Shown here: positions 13,301 through 28,300 of the stretch, piece after piece
Position numbering within the stretch: the first letter of the stretch is position 1
How the letters are laid out: every line of letters begins with the position of its first letter
Assembly: GCF_037042905.1 (NCBI RefSeq)
Contig: NC_087245.1
Coordinates: 25,422,001-25,486,000 of the forward strand
DNA length: 64,000 nt
DNA from: Lytechinus pictus
Lineage: Eukaryota
Direction of reading: 5' to 3'
Program-made: the position numbers and the translations under genes
The notes under the pieces: generated by a model
Told to the model about the DNA's origin: nothing
Seen by the model: only the letters and a program-made list of their open reading frames with translations
The model's database searches: none

Positions 13301-16300
13301 AGTGTTTTCGTGCTTTCGTGTTGAACGGTGCATTGTATTGATTGATGGCATTTAGGGTAGCCCAATAGATATTAGCATCGCATTTTATCCTAATTGTGAA
13401 TGCGTTTTAATGAACCGCCCCTTAGAAGAATGAATTAGTCCAGTTTACCTAATTGAACCTCCTCTTTGGACCGTTAAGAAAAGGCAAACATTATTCTACT
13501 TCTTCTATTTTTTCCTAGATAGCAACCGTCTGGGAACATTCTCCGCGGAGAGAAGACTTACCTTTCCCACCTTTGCCGGGACGTGCCCTCCAGCAAGGAG
13601 TTCATTGGCTTCGGGTAAATATTAGATTTAATGAAAGCTTCAGAAACATCTCATCTCTTTGTTATGGCTTCGACTTGCTCCACATACTCGACAAAATAAT
13701 GGATATATTTAGCTTGGAACATAAGGGGATGAGTCCCATGTTTTATTGAAGGGGTGGGGATACGCTATTTTATATAAAGATGTCATATAATATATGTCAT
13801 TTTTTATATTAAACATTATGAATATAATGAATAAATAAATGAATAAATATATATATATATAGAGAAAGAAACAAGGTTGATACTTTCATGCTTTAATCCA
13901 ACAACATTTATTGAAGTCCACAAATTTTCGACGAGTAAATACCGTCTTTATCAAGTGATATATATCAGATATTTCGACAATCAATTAATCAGACTCTACA
14001 TTAATAACAAACTTTAGAACTGTGAGAAAAAAATAAAGGGGACCATGCTTAATCGCCCCCCCCCAAAAAAAAAAAAAAAAAATCATAAAAAGTAAAAATG
14101 CTTTCGTACAAAATAAGATATTTGAATGCGTCTTGTATATGAGTGCGTGAGTATAAATGTAAATGTGAGGCTAGTCGGGTGGGCGAGTTTTGTGTGTTTG
14201 GGTATATGTTTTCGGAGTGTAATAGGGTGCTTGCATGAGAGATGTACATGAATGTATGAATTTCAATGTATGTATCTAAGGATCTTATTAATTTTGTAAA
14301 GAGAAGTTTTCCCCTCGACCTCAATGCGATCCGTTAGTTGGATTATTAGGGTTTGGTAGATAGAGAGTGCGTTGATTAATCGGACTTCGTGCATAGGATG
14401 CCGTCATTGTGTTCTTTTCGTAGAGGAAAACGAATGCTCCCGGGCGTTAGAAAGTAATCATTTAGCATGTGCTTTATTTGTCCGTTGATCACAAATTCTA
14501 TTACTGGTGAATACTATTACCTTTTAACAAGATACTAATCAGATGATGAGGGGGATGGTGCCAAAATGAAATGTTACTCGAATATTATAGACACAGATAA
14601 AGAAATTGGATACATTTCAATAATGTTTTTATCAATTCACTTTTTTGAAATTATAATCCCAAAATAAATATTTCAATGTTATATTAATCATGATAACGAT
14701 AGAAAATTATTTATTAAACTGACAAAAGAAAAATATTTCCTTGCATATTATTGGTTAAAATGTATCATAATTTAAGTCTTATAATATTTTTCTTTACAGT
14801 CTAACTCTGTAACGTGCACATTGATATGCAATTCATATTTTCGTTGTCACCAGATGAAATAATTATTTCTAATAATCCTTGCTAACCAGAGAAAGGCAGT
14901 AATAACCCTTGAAATATTGTCACTCTCATCGTGCATTTACTAAACCTTTTAACATACGTGTATTGATGATATATGAATGTATTTTCAAATATAGGGTAGG
15001 GTGCTATGAATATTTTCAGATTGTGACCAAAGTTTATAACCTACATTTAAAGATGAGAGTTAGGGGAACTAGAGAGAAAGAGAGGGGGATGCTGGGAAAA
15101 TAATCGATCGTATTTGGATGCAAGTTCGCCTTATTGAATAATCTAATTCATTATCATAATTGGAAGAGAGTAGAACAAGGACAGATGTTAATCTTTAATG
15201 TAAATTATGAATCTGACTTGGTCCACTACCGTTTCCACTTGAATGAACTTTGGCGATGGCAGAAGGGAGAGACTTGGAGAGACGTGCATTCCTATATATA
15301 TTTTGAATTATTGTTTAAACTATGATGACATTATTTATTTGCTGCTATCTACGATTAGCATCTTCATACAATTTTTTCCCCGGTTGCCATTTCTTGTATA
15401 GTATACGATGTGGCGTAACTACTTGAGAGTGAGATTCGGTAATTAATTCAATTAAGTTCAATTCAACCATAAGTCTCCTTTAATCCTTAATGAGGCATTA
15501 TCTTGCCTGGCACTGTCTAGTTGATGATATTATATAATTACATTACTTCAATTGTTACACATTATTCCACTGGACGAAAAACATTCTTTGTTCCGTCGTA
15601 TGAAATTTTCTCAATATTGATTATGTCACAATGCATATCTATTGCCCGATAAATATTGTCATTATTATATAAATTATGAAAAGGGTACTTCTGAGTTCTG
15701 AACGTGTCTTCGTGATGGTTCACCACATTTAACATACCAAACCATAACCACGTATTTAACATTCACACAAAATTATTCTTGAGGTTCACAAAGGAAGGAC
15801 ACGCTAGCTTTAATATGAAATTGTCTCACGACATAATGTCGACACCTTCAATTTGATCAGATGAGTTCCGATACGTCCTCCATATTCTGAAAGGCGTATT
15901 TTTCACGTTATGACGCGGATAGTTCATGACAGTCTCAAAGGAGCATGCGTGTGCCACATATACGCATGGACATTTTATTGTCTGCGGAATATGTCGTTGG
16001 GCTTGAAGAAACTATCGTTAATATAATATGGTATCTGTAATTGAGTAATTACTATTGCACACTGTTCACCCATCCATCATGATTGTCAATATTCCCAGAT
16101 CCTACGAGACTGGTTTGATGGATTATCATAATATTACAACCGAGACCCAATAGAAGTTCTACACGCGTCTAATGGGAAGGGGTCCTTTAAATTGTTAAAA
16201 CAAAGAAAACACGTGATTAAGAGATGAGAGCAAGAGTCTCTCCGGGAGAATATGCTTTCCCCATTATTACCGTGACATCCGATGTCCTAGGGTCGTGGTA

Positions 16301-18843
16301 CTTTGCTTCTGAGGTGAAAAATTCTTTCTGTAATCGCATTGTATCTATTACAAGAAGACTCAAAATTCTGAATTCGATCTTATTTGAATGTCCTGAAAAA
16401 AAGGTTGAAACGATTTTTTTTTTGTTCGATTCTTGACCTTGATCTTGTTTATCATTATGATTTTCGATTTATCAAAAGTAATATTTTTATTTCATTCAAT
16501 TCCCTACCGTATGTCTCCCAAAGTGTGTGCATACAATAGTTTAGACGTATACCAATCACATCGATCCTTCTCGCTTTCGAAACTGCTTCAAACCAATGGG
16601 CTCTGATCTTTTGGGTACTTGATCTGCTATGATGCTATCGTCGTTCTCTATTAGCTTATGTACAGACATGACGAACAATTTGGGAAATATACGAAAGTTG
16701 ATACTATAAAGAGAGGTAAGAGAGTTCCTCGTGAGTAATTTGGAGATTCGAAAAGCTATAACACAAGATAAATGTATCCATCATGTCCAAGGGTAGAGCA
16801 AAGGATATCTTTCAGGGTTGCAGTTATGAACATGCATTCCAAGAAATATTAACGATTCTAGCTATGATCTTGTTCTAACTATAAATCACTACTTCCGTTT
16901 CTATTTTTATGTTCCAAATACATCTAAAGTTTGATTTTTTTCTGACGTAAATTAATGTGCAAGGTTCTAAAGATAGAATTGACACTGTTAAGGGGTAAAA
17001 TCTGAAGAGTAATGCTTAGTTGTTTGTTGTATTTGTGGCCTCCTTTCAAAGCGAATTGCAACGATACGAGATAGTGGTTTATTTTCATCTAGAATTATTC
17101 TAAATTTACTAAATATGTCAAATATTATATATTTTCTGATTCAATGTCATATTTTAGACCTCCTGCAAGAATCTGTGATCGATATTCGCGGGTTTTCTCG
17201 TCTACTACCAGTACCGGTCTTTACCTTTAAAGAAAACCATACCCCGAATGTTGTCAGTAGAATTTTTTAATTGTAATCTGAGCAAGTTTTCCAATATACA
17301 TGATATAGGATATCTTACTTAATAATCAGGACGTTCCGATGTTTCCATGGCTATGAGAAATAAAGCTACTGATTCTGTTTTCACAATAAGAAATGACTGA
17401 ATTCCAAATAAATGCCCATACATAATTCAGAGCAAATTTAACGTCAGGTCCCACATGCTCAATACGACTTGACTCTAATCGTTGAAGAGGTTTCGGCCAC
17501 TGATACGAGAGGATCAATAGTTTTCTCAATTGCCATCCTACAGGCTTTGTTGGCGTTGAAAGTAAAGAAGAAAAAAAAAAGAAGAAAAAAAAAGAGCTTT
17601 CAAATGCAAGATTACGATGGGAAATGCGGTCATATTATGTGACCGTTTCTCGGTGAAGTGTTAGATCGAGATCCCCGATGAATATACAAAGGCGATTTGT
17701 TAAGACAATCAACGTTTTTGGTTCAAGCCATGAGAGGTCTTTTAAAGGGGACTTCCACACCACAGGCTTCGATGAAATACATCGGGAAAGGTGTCTGGAA
17801 CGGGAAGGCATTTAGACCGACTATCGTTTTACCTGATATTCAGGAATCCCCCGTTCCGTTTTCGAGCTACCCAGGGTATCACCGGATTAGGAAGGCAATT
17901 AAGGATAGCCGTAAACTAAGAAAATAAGAGTGTAACGCATGACGTAGGCGCACTACTTGGTAGATATAGACGGAAGTGGATTTTCCTAATCATTCCCGCG
18001 AGCTTCTTCTTTTTTTTTGAGTGGGGACTATCCTCATATCGGGTCGTCGTTCTTAGCGTGGTTGCTAGCGGATTAGAGAGAGTGACACTTCGAGAAGTGA
18101 CGTGATGTCATCGAGACATGAAATTATTAAATTATTTAAATGGAGCAAATTGATCTAATTCGATATGGAAATACTCAATTTTGCCTGCCCTGGTATCCGA
18201 TATGATAGTTTGATCACTCTTATCACATTAAGGTCGTGTGATGCAGGGATACAAATGGCGCCATGACTACGCATTTGAACGAGGCATCCTTAAAAGTTTT
18301 ACTAGAAGGCTTTCCCTTTTTATTTATGGTAGAACATGATACATTAAAGGTAACTCATGGATCCCGTACAGGAGAGGACATGGAGTCAAACGTAATTCAA
18401 GAAAAGGTTTTATTCTAATGACACAATCGAGTGAGTCATGGTTTGACTCTAGAAATAGAAATATCTCGTGATTTATTTCTACATTCAAAGTTTTTTTGAG
18501 ATAAAAGGGTTCATGACTGTACCGATAATGACGTGCTTTCATAACACGCACTTTCATGGCGCTGCTTTCCGGTGTGCTGTTTCCAGACAAATATTGGTCC
18601 CTCATATTCAGTTCACCCCCCCCCCATCGGTCCAGGAGTCGCAAATTAGTCAAAATGAATCATTGATGAGGTCTAAAATGATCATTATGCCACATGAAAA
18701 TCCAATTTCCCCTCATTCAAAGCCGTGACCTTGAACAACATTGCGGGTTTCTTTTGATGTTTGGTGTTCTCCCTATTTTTGAGTCATAACTAACTTCCAT
18801 TGATTCTCTGGTAAGATGATTATTTACATCAATATGGAGGTCT

Positions 18844-19116
18844 GGGCCCCGTCTTACTAAGAGTTATAATTGATGCGATCAATCTTAACTATAGGGACAT
18901 CCATCAATGTCATATTTTATTTCTGCAGGAAATCTGCACAATGTACTTTGGAAACAAGAAAAGAGGGACATTAAATTTATAAGAAAACGATGATTGTATG
19001 AATACATCATATCTAGAAAATATGTTGAATAAACATTCATTTAAGATGCTGACGTTGCTGGCTTTCCATAGTTGTGGTTGTTCAGATCAATCGCAATTCT
19101 TTGTAAGACAGGGCCC
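18844..19116. mobile_element. PIF/Harbinger-like MITE
   Basis: Inverted termini GGGCCCCGTCTTACTAAGAGTT / AATTCTTTGTAAGACAGGGCCC, plus subterminal inverted similarity. Confidence 0.7.
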
Positions 19117-19223
19117 ATGTCTCTCGCCTTTGAAACAGAGGGCCGTGGGATGAGAACATGGCGGGATTTCCTTTAGCAATACATGGGATAATATGAAGTG
19201 CGCCCTTGAATAGGCAACTATAG

Positions 19224-19311
19224 ATAATCGGCGCCTCATGAATGGTGTATGTTATTAGAGCAATACATGTATTCCTCTAATAACATACAGCATTTATGAG
19301 GCGCCTATTAT
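19224..19311. repeat. 88-bp near-perfect palindrome
   Basis: Two 44-nt arms centred on TACATGTA, 4 mismatches, no spacer. Confidence 0.9.
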
Positions 19312-22300
19312 ACCCGTGATGCATTCCCTTCTTATTTTAAAATACAGAGTCTTAAAAGATTTCAATCCGACTTCTTTGATACATTATTTGCAACGTGAAC
19401 ATCGTGCAAAATTCGATTGGTTGGTTGTTGAACATTATTTCATCTATTGCACTTAACATCTTTAAGTTCATTAAGTTCACATTTTCAACATCATGTTTTA
19501 AGCAACTTTTTTTTCATTCTAGCAGGATGGTGGAACAAAACAAACCGTGCGTCAGAGAACAGAGCAATGCTAATAATAATTCAAATCTTGTTGTTGTATC
19601 TGGTGTACAGTATTCGAATCACCGTTTCGTTAGCACAAGCCTACGCCTCGGGGTAGGCGGCCAGAGACGGAGCGCTTGGTAGATTGATATTAGGTTTACT
19701 CAACCATTCTTATAGAGTCTCATTAATGTGACTGACACTCTAGAGTGCAATGTAACAGAGTTTCATCTATTCTAATAATGTTTTCACGCGGTCAACAACG
19801 AGCTCTACAGGGCTTAACCAAGTTTGAAACAATTACTCTTACTCTTTCATCGTAAAGCAAACCTTATATTTTTTCTGAACTCTAGGGTATACGAAAACTT
19901 GTTTTGCCCCTCATATCGTAAAATGTTATTTATTTATGTTAATTATATTTCATTTGATTTTATACAGAATACTCTTCAGTATCACCACATAGTCACATAA
20001 GTAAAATGTTGAAATTTATATCAAATTTTATTAATGAGCGAAGGTATCAAAGGTATCACAGTGATGCCAACGTGAACCAATCATATTAACAAATGAGCTG
20101 TCAAATGACTGGGCTTTTGATTTGCTTATTTTTCCGCATTATCAAACAACCATTTACAATTTGAGCCCAATTTAAGAAAATTGACTTTTAATATTTCGAA
20201 TGAGAGTAAAAGGCTTCAAATGAGGAAGGAATTGACTCAAGTCAAATACGGTCATGTCTTGTCACTTTATAGCGATACAAAGTACCGAAGTGTTTGATCT
20301 GCTGACGTATTGCAATTTGGCTAATTGTGCAATCATCCTCCATAATTGGGTAACATTCAATGCGATATTACATGGAAATTTATTTTTTATCGGGGTACCG
20401 ATCAAAATGAAATATCTAAATATCTTTTCGTTTTCATGTGAAGTTGCTTCTCCATCATAGAGAGGGGTTTCAAATTTCAAGAGTTAAGACCATTTTCAAA
20501 GAAAGAAAACAACACAGAAATATTAACACACGCAAAAAAAATCGAATTCCCACATATTAATCATGGTAATAGCGGCTGAAAAAAAAAAATCGACGGCCAC
20601 TACAGTTTTTTTAAGATTCGAATTTGTTATGATACTCGAATATTATTCACATAATTCACCCTTTATCACATTGAATTTTCTAACCAAACTTTAGATTTAA
20701 ATCCCTCGTAAATTGTAAACGCATTCACTTGCAGTATTGCCCTCTTTCAGGTAACAATTCATATCCTTATTATATTTAACCAGAGTCCTATTTTCATTTT
20801 GTCCTAATTATATTTCTATTTATTCATACATCTTTTTATTTCTTTATCTATTTATTCATTCATTCATTTATTTATTTTCCTGTTCTTAGACGACGGAGAA
20901 GGTCCGTCATCCGATCGGTAAATTTGTAGGCATGCATTCTATACATTAAATCACATATACCAAGAAACTGCCCGGAAAACAGCCAAGAGAAAGCTTTTTT
21001 CACTTTGATTTTGACGTGACGTACATATGAAAATTGAACGAGATCATTTAGTGAATGTGAAAGGATGCGACGCCAGTTTTCATATGCGTATAACAAATAA
21101 AAAACAAATATAGTAAAGGTTACTCTCAGTTCAGACCACCGTACAAAAATACAATTCTTAAAAAAGCTTGATTCTCTCAAATAAGATAAAGTGTAAATCC
21201 TGAAATGAATTATATCTGTTCGAAATTTGCCGGTAACTATTTTCATAAAGCGGAATAATTTCCCTTAAAAAGGCACTCGCTCCTTTGCAGTCATTAGTTC
21301 CACAATTTACTGGTCGTTCTCTTTTACACATTTTACCTCCATCTTTTCGGCTTTCAAAACCATTTTTTTCTTTTTGTCCGTTCCTCTCTTCTATTTCCCT
21401 TCTAATTTCGTGAACGTTATCATCCATCATATTTTATTCATGTATTGTTATTATTGTATAACAATGTTTTGTTTACTTATCTGCCCTTTTGCAGTGTCCC
21501 ATTTTTAATGTATTTTCTTCTCTATTTTGTTTGATTTTAGTAGACGTGGATATAATTTTGTTAAGGATGAGAAGGATATGCACCTCCTCCTATAACAACA
21601 CACCCACATTTACCCGTGCATCTTCACACATGCGCACCCATCAACACCCTCTCAATAGGAAGTACTGAGCCACGCCACATTGGACATTTCATTTTACAGA
21701 GCGTGCCAAGGTATCAACACGCAAGCATGACAAACGAAAGACACCAGAATCAATCACATTGCATTGGGTTTGACAAACAAACAGCCTTAACTGAATAAAA
21801 ACCCTGTTATTGAATAATGATCTACCAAGCGAATCTTTAATGTTTTCTAACATGACCAACATGAACTCAACGACACATACACATGAGAAGTGAAAAAGAT
21901 TCGTTTCGTAGAAAATAATTTCCACAAATCACTGTTCCTTATTTAGTTAAGGCCTTAAGGCCCTCGATACCTTCACTCACTTCAAAAAATTCATATGATT
22001 TTGAATTGAATATCGACTGTTACGGTCGATAATGTTCGCACCTTGAGACAAATACTTCCGCGCACTAAACTTTCGACAACAACTTACAATCTCTTCGTCG
22101 TATTTTCATCTCTATTTTTCCACCGTCTGGTCTTAATGAAATGAAGTGTTATCCGCCACTTTTTACCGTTGTCAATTACACTCTCATACAGAAGAAGGAG
22201 ACAGATGGAGCCGGACTAGAGCTAAAATGTCACTTGACATGCCACTATTTCCATCGGTCACATGTTTTATTTTGATCTGAATCGATATGGTATTGATTTC

Positions 22301-23228
22301 CACTTTTCCCTTTGACGGTTCTTGCGCTATGGGCAATTGAAACGAATGAAGAGCACAGAACGCAAGTTTCAATTTCCAGTTTCATCGGCCTCTTTCCTAT
22401 CTTGTCTTAAGGAAAGGTTATCACGTGTTTACAACCAGAGAGCGTGATGGAAAGATGAAATTTTGTTTCAATGAGAGACAGAGAGAGCAAATATGAATCG
22501 AATAGCAAGCTTATTTCGCGTCTGCTGTAATTGTACAACATGAAGTTTTTCACCGCCAAAATTTACATTTTCTTTGACTATTCCAAATGGAATATTGTAA
22601 CCATAGCATGCCCCTAGCGAATGTGTAAGGATCAAAGATTCCTGATTTCTGTTTTTATCGAGAATTACTGGAACTGCTCAAAGTTTCACAGAAAAGCAAT
22701 CCATAAATGCGCCACCTGTATTATCATAATAATTGCAAATCTGGAATCTGCACAAAACTAACTCAAGACGAAACATCTGAAAATCAAAAGTTACAAGGTG
22801 ATATAAGCTAGCTACACCAAGGTTGCTACTTATCTATGAGACCTTCGTACCCCCCAAAAAACCGCTTCCCTCGTTATTGTAACACAGTTTCTTTTCAGGG
22901 ACTTACATTTTCGGGGAACATTCCTCGACATCTAAAGATCAAGGTTGCTGTCCTCAGTTGGGTCAACCCAGTGTATGCCTCTTTATCGTGAGGACAAGGC
23001 AGTGTCGTGAGGTCCCATAATTCCTAATTCGTGACTCCCACCATCACCTTCTGCTCACTGACGCAAACATGGTTCAATATTAACACGATCAAAGAGAATG
23101 TATAAGCCGAGTTTACCTGGGTGACGGAGTCCTTAATGATATTATTGCCTTAAGTCAGCTTGGCTGGGTCGGCATAGCGATATGTCCATGAGCTCAAGGA
23201 GACATGGATAGGTGACCGATGAACTCCA

Positions 23229-23345
23229 GGCCATTTCATTAAGCTGTTCGTACGTTAGGATTAACTTCACGATGTTATAGCTGTGTGTTACAGTTGTGCG
23301 TAAAGTCATGCATAACGTCACGAACAGCTTTGTGAAATGCACCCC
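23229..23345. mobile_element. Degenerate Harbinger-like MITE
   Basis: Imperfect inverted termini ATTTCATTAAGCTGTTCGT / ACGAACAGCTTTGTGAAAT. Confidence 0.55.
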
Positions 23346-24009
23346 TGAACTTCAACAGAAAACATCTTTTTAACTGACAAAACAAGTGGCAATCGTCAGA
23401 AGATCGCGTGAGAAAGTCATAACGAAACGAATCTATTCGAAGAACTCATTCTATAACATTTAAGTTTACTGATTTTAAGAACATAAATAATCTCTTAAAC
23501 ATGGTGATATTTGGGAGAGAAATCTATTGATATTATAAATGGATCAAGACCATAATGACTTTGTAATAAATGACATTGCCATATAAGCTCGATTCTAAGT
23601 TTTCCTTTGTATTGTATAGTTCCGACATCTCATAAGATATAATGAGATAGAGAGGGAAAGAGATATGCCATTGCTGTGGGTGTTATCGCTTTAGTCACCA
23701 GAGCATTTAAAAGTACTTTTATAAAAATCTCACTATGTACTCATTTATTTTACCTTGGTGGGTAATGGCAAATTATTTCATTTATCCGGATATATGGGGC
23801 ATCAGTAACGGGACTGGATGTTCATCTATATACACATGTTCATGTTACGAATCTTCGACTGCCCCAAATTCAGAGCATAGCAATTAATTTGTATGACTGA
23901 GAGCAAATACTGATCACTGCGATTAATCGTAGAAAATAAGTCATATTGAAAATGTATGAGCTTTGTCTACCGGGGTCTTAATCAACTCATCGACTCATCA
24001 GAACTTTAA

Positions 24010-24415
24010 AGGCCACCGCACACCTTGCGATTAGTCTGCTACCCGATTTTGGAGTAAAACGTAGTAGAATTTGATGCTAATATTGAGACATGGAACATCT
24101 CACTGTGTAATGTTCTAAATCATCGCACGAATATATGTTCAAATCTGTGACAATTATATCATCCTTATCACAATAAAAGTGAATATGATATTTAGTCATA
24201 ATGACGTCATAGCAGACGTACGATTGGCAACGATTTGAAAAAAAATGGCCTTTACTCCAAAATAAAGGTTTGCAATCTTCCAAAATTATTGCATTAGTAT
24301 TCTTTCAGATAATTTGAACCTCAAATATCATGAATATAAAGATACTTTTCATTCACATTTTCAGAAACTGAGCAAAATGCGATCTGTTCGAAAATCGGAT
24401 GGTGTGCGGTGGTCT
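24010..24415. mobile_element. Non-autonomous DNA transposon, Kolobok-like
   Basis: TTAA|AGGCCACCGCACACC ... GGTGTGCGGTGGTCT. The right-hand TTAA is degenerate. Confidence 0.6.
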
Positions 24416-24824
24416 TCACATAAAGACTGTGGAACAAAAAAATTGGAGGAGTAATTTTTCTTTCGAAATGTGAAAGACATTGTTCCAACATCAGCTGCAT
24501 TCCCTTGTCAGTTTTAATATCTCATGATGGGACTTATGTCACAATTTTATCTCCTTATGATAAGAAAATCGATATCATCCCTTAATGTCATTCATATCCA
24601 TCTTCTCACAAATCTACTTAGCAGTGAAAATGCTAAATTTTCTCATTTCAGCAAATCAGATTCCTGGCATGAAACCTAATTTGATTTGTATTCCGTTAAG
24701 TCAAGACCAATCTATTAAACAGAAAATTAATCAAACGGAGTAAAAGTTTCTCGGGGAATCCGTTTAAGTCATGAAATCATGAAATAAATAAATTTTCAAG
24801 GACATTTAAGGATTTCAGAATGTA

Positions 24825-25326
24825 CAGTGCGTCCCACAAAAAAGGAAACCCGTTTTCAGAGACAGATAACACAATTATTGAATTTGTTTTGACTATAATT
24901 TTGATATTCATGGTAAGAGTAAAATCTCATCTTTAATATGAGACCAATATCCTAGCAAATCGTTCGTGCATGGCAGATTAAAAACAATAAATGCTGAGGG
25001 AATATGTATCCACTCATTTTAAGGATCAGTGAGAGAAACGTAATAAAAAAATACAAAAGAAATGTTAATAAGCCAATCGTCGAATAAGCACGGACGCCGT
25101 ATCACGAACCAATCTTGTTCAACTTTTCTGCGCAACCTGATTTCGACGTTAAAATTTCAAACTCGCCTTGCTCATTAATGCGTGAAGTGTTTGTCTCACA
25201 TTAGGTTATCAAAATATATAGAAAAATAATTGAATGGTATGATGATGTAAATGAAACATCATGATTCAGTTTCCTTTGAAGAAAAGAGACATAGGAATCC
25301 CAGTTTCCCTTTTCTGAGACGCACTG
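24825..25326. mobile_element. Tc1/mariner-type MITE, complete copy
   Basis: TA|CAGTGCGTCCCACAAAAAGGAAAC ... GTTTCCCTTTTCTGAGACGCACTG|TA. A second copy starts at 37005. Confidence 0.85.
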
Positions 25327-28300
25327 TATAAGTTATTTGACTTTCTTTGATACGAGACAGTCGTAGCCGAAAATACTGAATAATTTACTCTACTAATAAC
25401 AAAGAGAATATATTGGCAATAGTGGAAAAAAATATCACACTTTCAAGTAAAATTGAATCGATAATCTCAAAAACCTTTATCATCAGGACTTTAAAGTTAA
25501 GACGGATAATGATATTTCAGAAACACTAATTATGCCTTTTCCTTTTTGCAGAGCGGCTGGACAGATCTTTCCAATATTTCCATTCTTGTGATGTTTTATA
25601 ATTAAGGGTTTTGATGCACATCTCAATTATTAATTGCAACTTGTTTTTATTGGGTGAAAAACAGCTGCTTTCATTACAGCCTTCAATATGTATTACTTTA
25701 CAGCGTGGGTAAAAATTCAGTTGATTCTTTCATGTTTAATTAATTCTTTTTGTCTGTATGATCCATCTTACCATGACAGTTTTCTTATCGGTGCCTTAAA
25801 ATGAACCGAGGGATAATAAACCAACGTGTCATTATATCTCAATAATATTCAGTCTAGTGCAATAGAGAGAAAGAAGTGTTGCTTTTACCGCAAAGGTGTT
25901 TTCGAATGTGCATTCATATTTAGTTTAAGCGGCGCGGTGGAAGTCTTTAAATAAGATCGATGCTAAGAGCATGGTCACCGTCAAGTACATGTAGGTTCAC
26001 GCTCACGTCAGGTAAATATCAATTGTATACATTTAAGACTTCAATAAATATATTTGGGGGGAAAATATTGATGCTATTATCATTACCGGAATAATTGTAT
26101 TGTATTTATTGTCCATTCATAACAAAAATGCAAAATACAAGCAAAAGTTAAATCAGGCATAATTACAGAATAAAATGTATACTTAATGAATGGGCGGATT
26201 GCCCACTCAGAGTGGTAATTATTACCACTTTGTTCTGTCTAGGGGTCCAGCGCATTGACAAATGATAAAACAAACTAACATCTTCAACAAGCAGAAAACA
26301 GAACATAACACAAAATGTAAAGTGATAAAAATGGGACATAAAACAAAATTTAAAGTTATGAGTTAAAGGTGCAAGCATACCCTCTTCTACCCCCCCCCCG
26401 CCCCGTAAAACAACACATTGCTCAGAGATCAATGTAATTTGAAATCTTAGAGCTCAAAAAAGTATATTAAAAAAGTGGTTAACTGTGTGATAAAGATCAT
26501 ATCTAAAGGTAAGTCGCTATCTAGGCGTGCATTCTACGGCAATATTTCTGTATTGATCAGGCAGATGACAAAATATATCCCCAAGGGTAAAATTAAATGA
26601 AGAAAATGAGTTAGGTTACAAGGAATAACGACCACACAAAGCTGCGAGTTTTTCAAAGTATCAGTAGTCATCCCTTGAACTCGGTATCAGTAGTAGATGG
26701 TGTTCAAATGTAACTTGTTAAGTGTCTCGAAGTCTTTGTGAAACTCTTAGAATAAGACTTAGTTGTATGCATCCTGATCGCGTGCAGACGATGCATCAAA
26801 GTGTTATCAGTTCTTTTTTAAAACAGTGATGCTGCTGCGAGGCCTTTAGAGTTTAATCTTTAAAGGAGAGTTTAATTTTTAATGCTATGTCTTAATACCC
26901 CCCCCCCCCAACTTCTTTCTATTTACAATTTTGATTAGCAATGATCTTCCTTTGGCAGGGCAATGTTCTCCCTAGATATACATACGTACCTCTCCTGGGA
27001 AGAGTTAATAATACATGCAGTGTCGTACTCTGTCGGTTAGGTTAGTGGGAAGTAGTTTTAAGGAGAAGGCATGTATGCTGATACAATGACTAAATTAAAA
27101 TATGATCAAAATTAAATGAGAAGAGAGAGATAGAATGTCCATTCACTGATACAAAACTGAAAGTTTTACAAATTGCGATGTTCATGTAACATATTTATTG
27201 CACCAATGCGCTCAATCATCTTTTTAATAAAGGCTATACAACCAGAACCCATTCGCATTGTGAATTTAGCTATATTGGACAGTAAAAGAAGAATATAATT
27301 ATACTACGACACAACAAGCAAATGTCGCTGCGAATAAAACAATAAAGAACTGATTACATCCCTAAATCATACATCTCCCTAAGCATGAAATCTAGTTGCG
27401 TTATACTTCATTGACATGTAGTCGTATGTACATTGCAACAGGTGACGGATTCAACTTGTATTTTTTTAAAGAAAGTATTACTTTCATTCTACATGAGTCT
27501 ATATAATTTTATCATAGGATTAAAACTAATAGCAGGCATACACACACACACCCACATACACACCCTCACGCGCGCCCGCGCAAACACACATCCATCCTCA
27601 AAGGTATTCAGTCTCCCTTACCTACCAATTTAGAGGAAGGGGTACAGGTTGTGTGAGGACATATGAGGACTGAAATAAGAGTCAAGTTAATGGTGTATGA
27701 AAAGGCAGTATATATTGTGTGAGAGATGGAAATATAAGTAGATAAAGAAAAAAGGTAAAATGTAAAGAAAACACCTCTTAAATGCAGAAAGTTGCATTTC
27801 TCATTCAGCTTTCTTTACCTCTTCGTATTTGTAGAAGCAGTTAAGTTAATATCTAAATGATTATATAAAACTGACAAAATCTGAATATCTTGCGTCATTC
27901 TAATTTTCTATTATCCTATCCTGCTTGGCAAGCCTATCAGTCTCGATCCATTTCACAATCTGCATTCACCCATTGTATTTTACTAACTAAACGTGATTCT
28001 ATTTCCAATATTGTAAAATCCGACTCCGCCTAATATAGACCACTCTGTGACTACATTTAATAGTATTTACACAGTATTTGCGTTGTTCTATGAAACATCC
28101 CTAGGGGAAAATTAATTTCGACCAGACCCTTTTGTCCTGCGCAGAGTTAATGAAATGTTGAATATCAGCACAATACTAATCGAGTTGTCAGTCCTTCCCT
28201 TTGCATAGATTCTGTCTTCTAACAAAAGTAACGATTGTATTCATTAACTCGTTCAATCTGATCTCCTTTTTTTGGTATATGACAAATGATGTACGAGAAA

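Noticed and set aside
19522..19652. Plus-strand exon-like stretch with a signal-peptide-like frame (MLIIIQILLLYLVYSIRITVSLAQAYAS) and donor GG|GTAGGC
   Set aside because: No compatible downstream plus-strand exons found; hydrophobic frames arise easily in AT-rich DNA.
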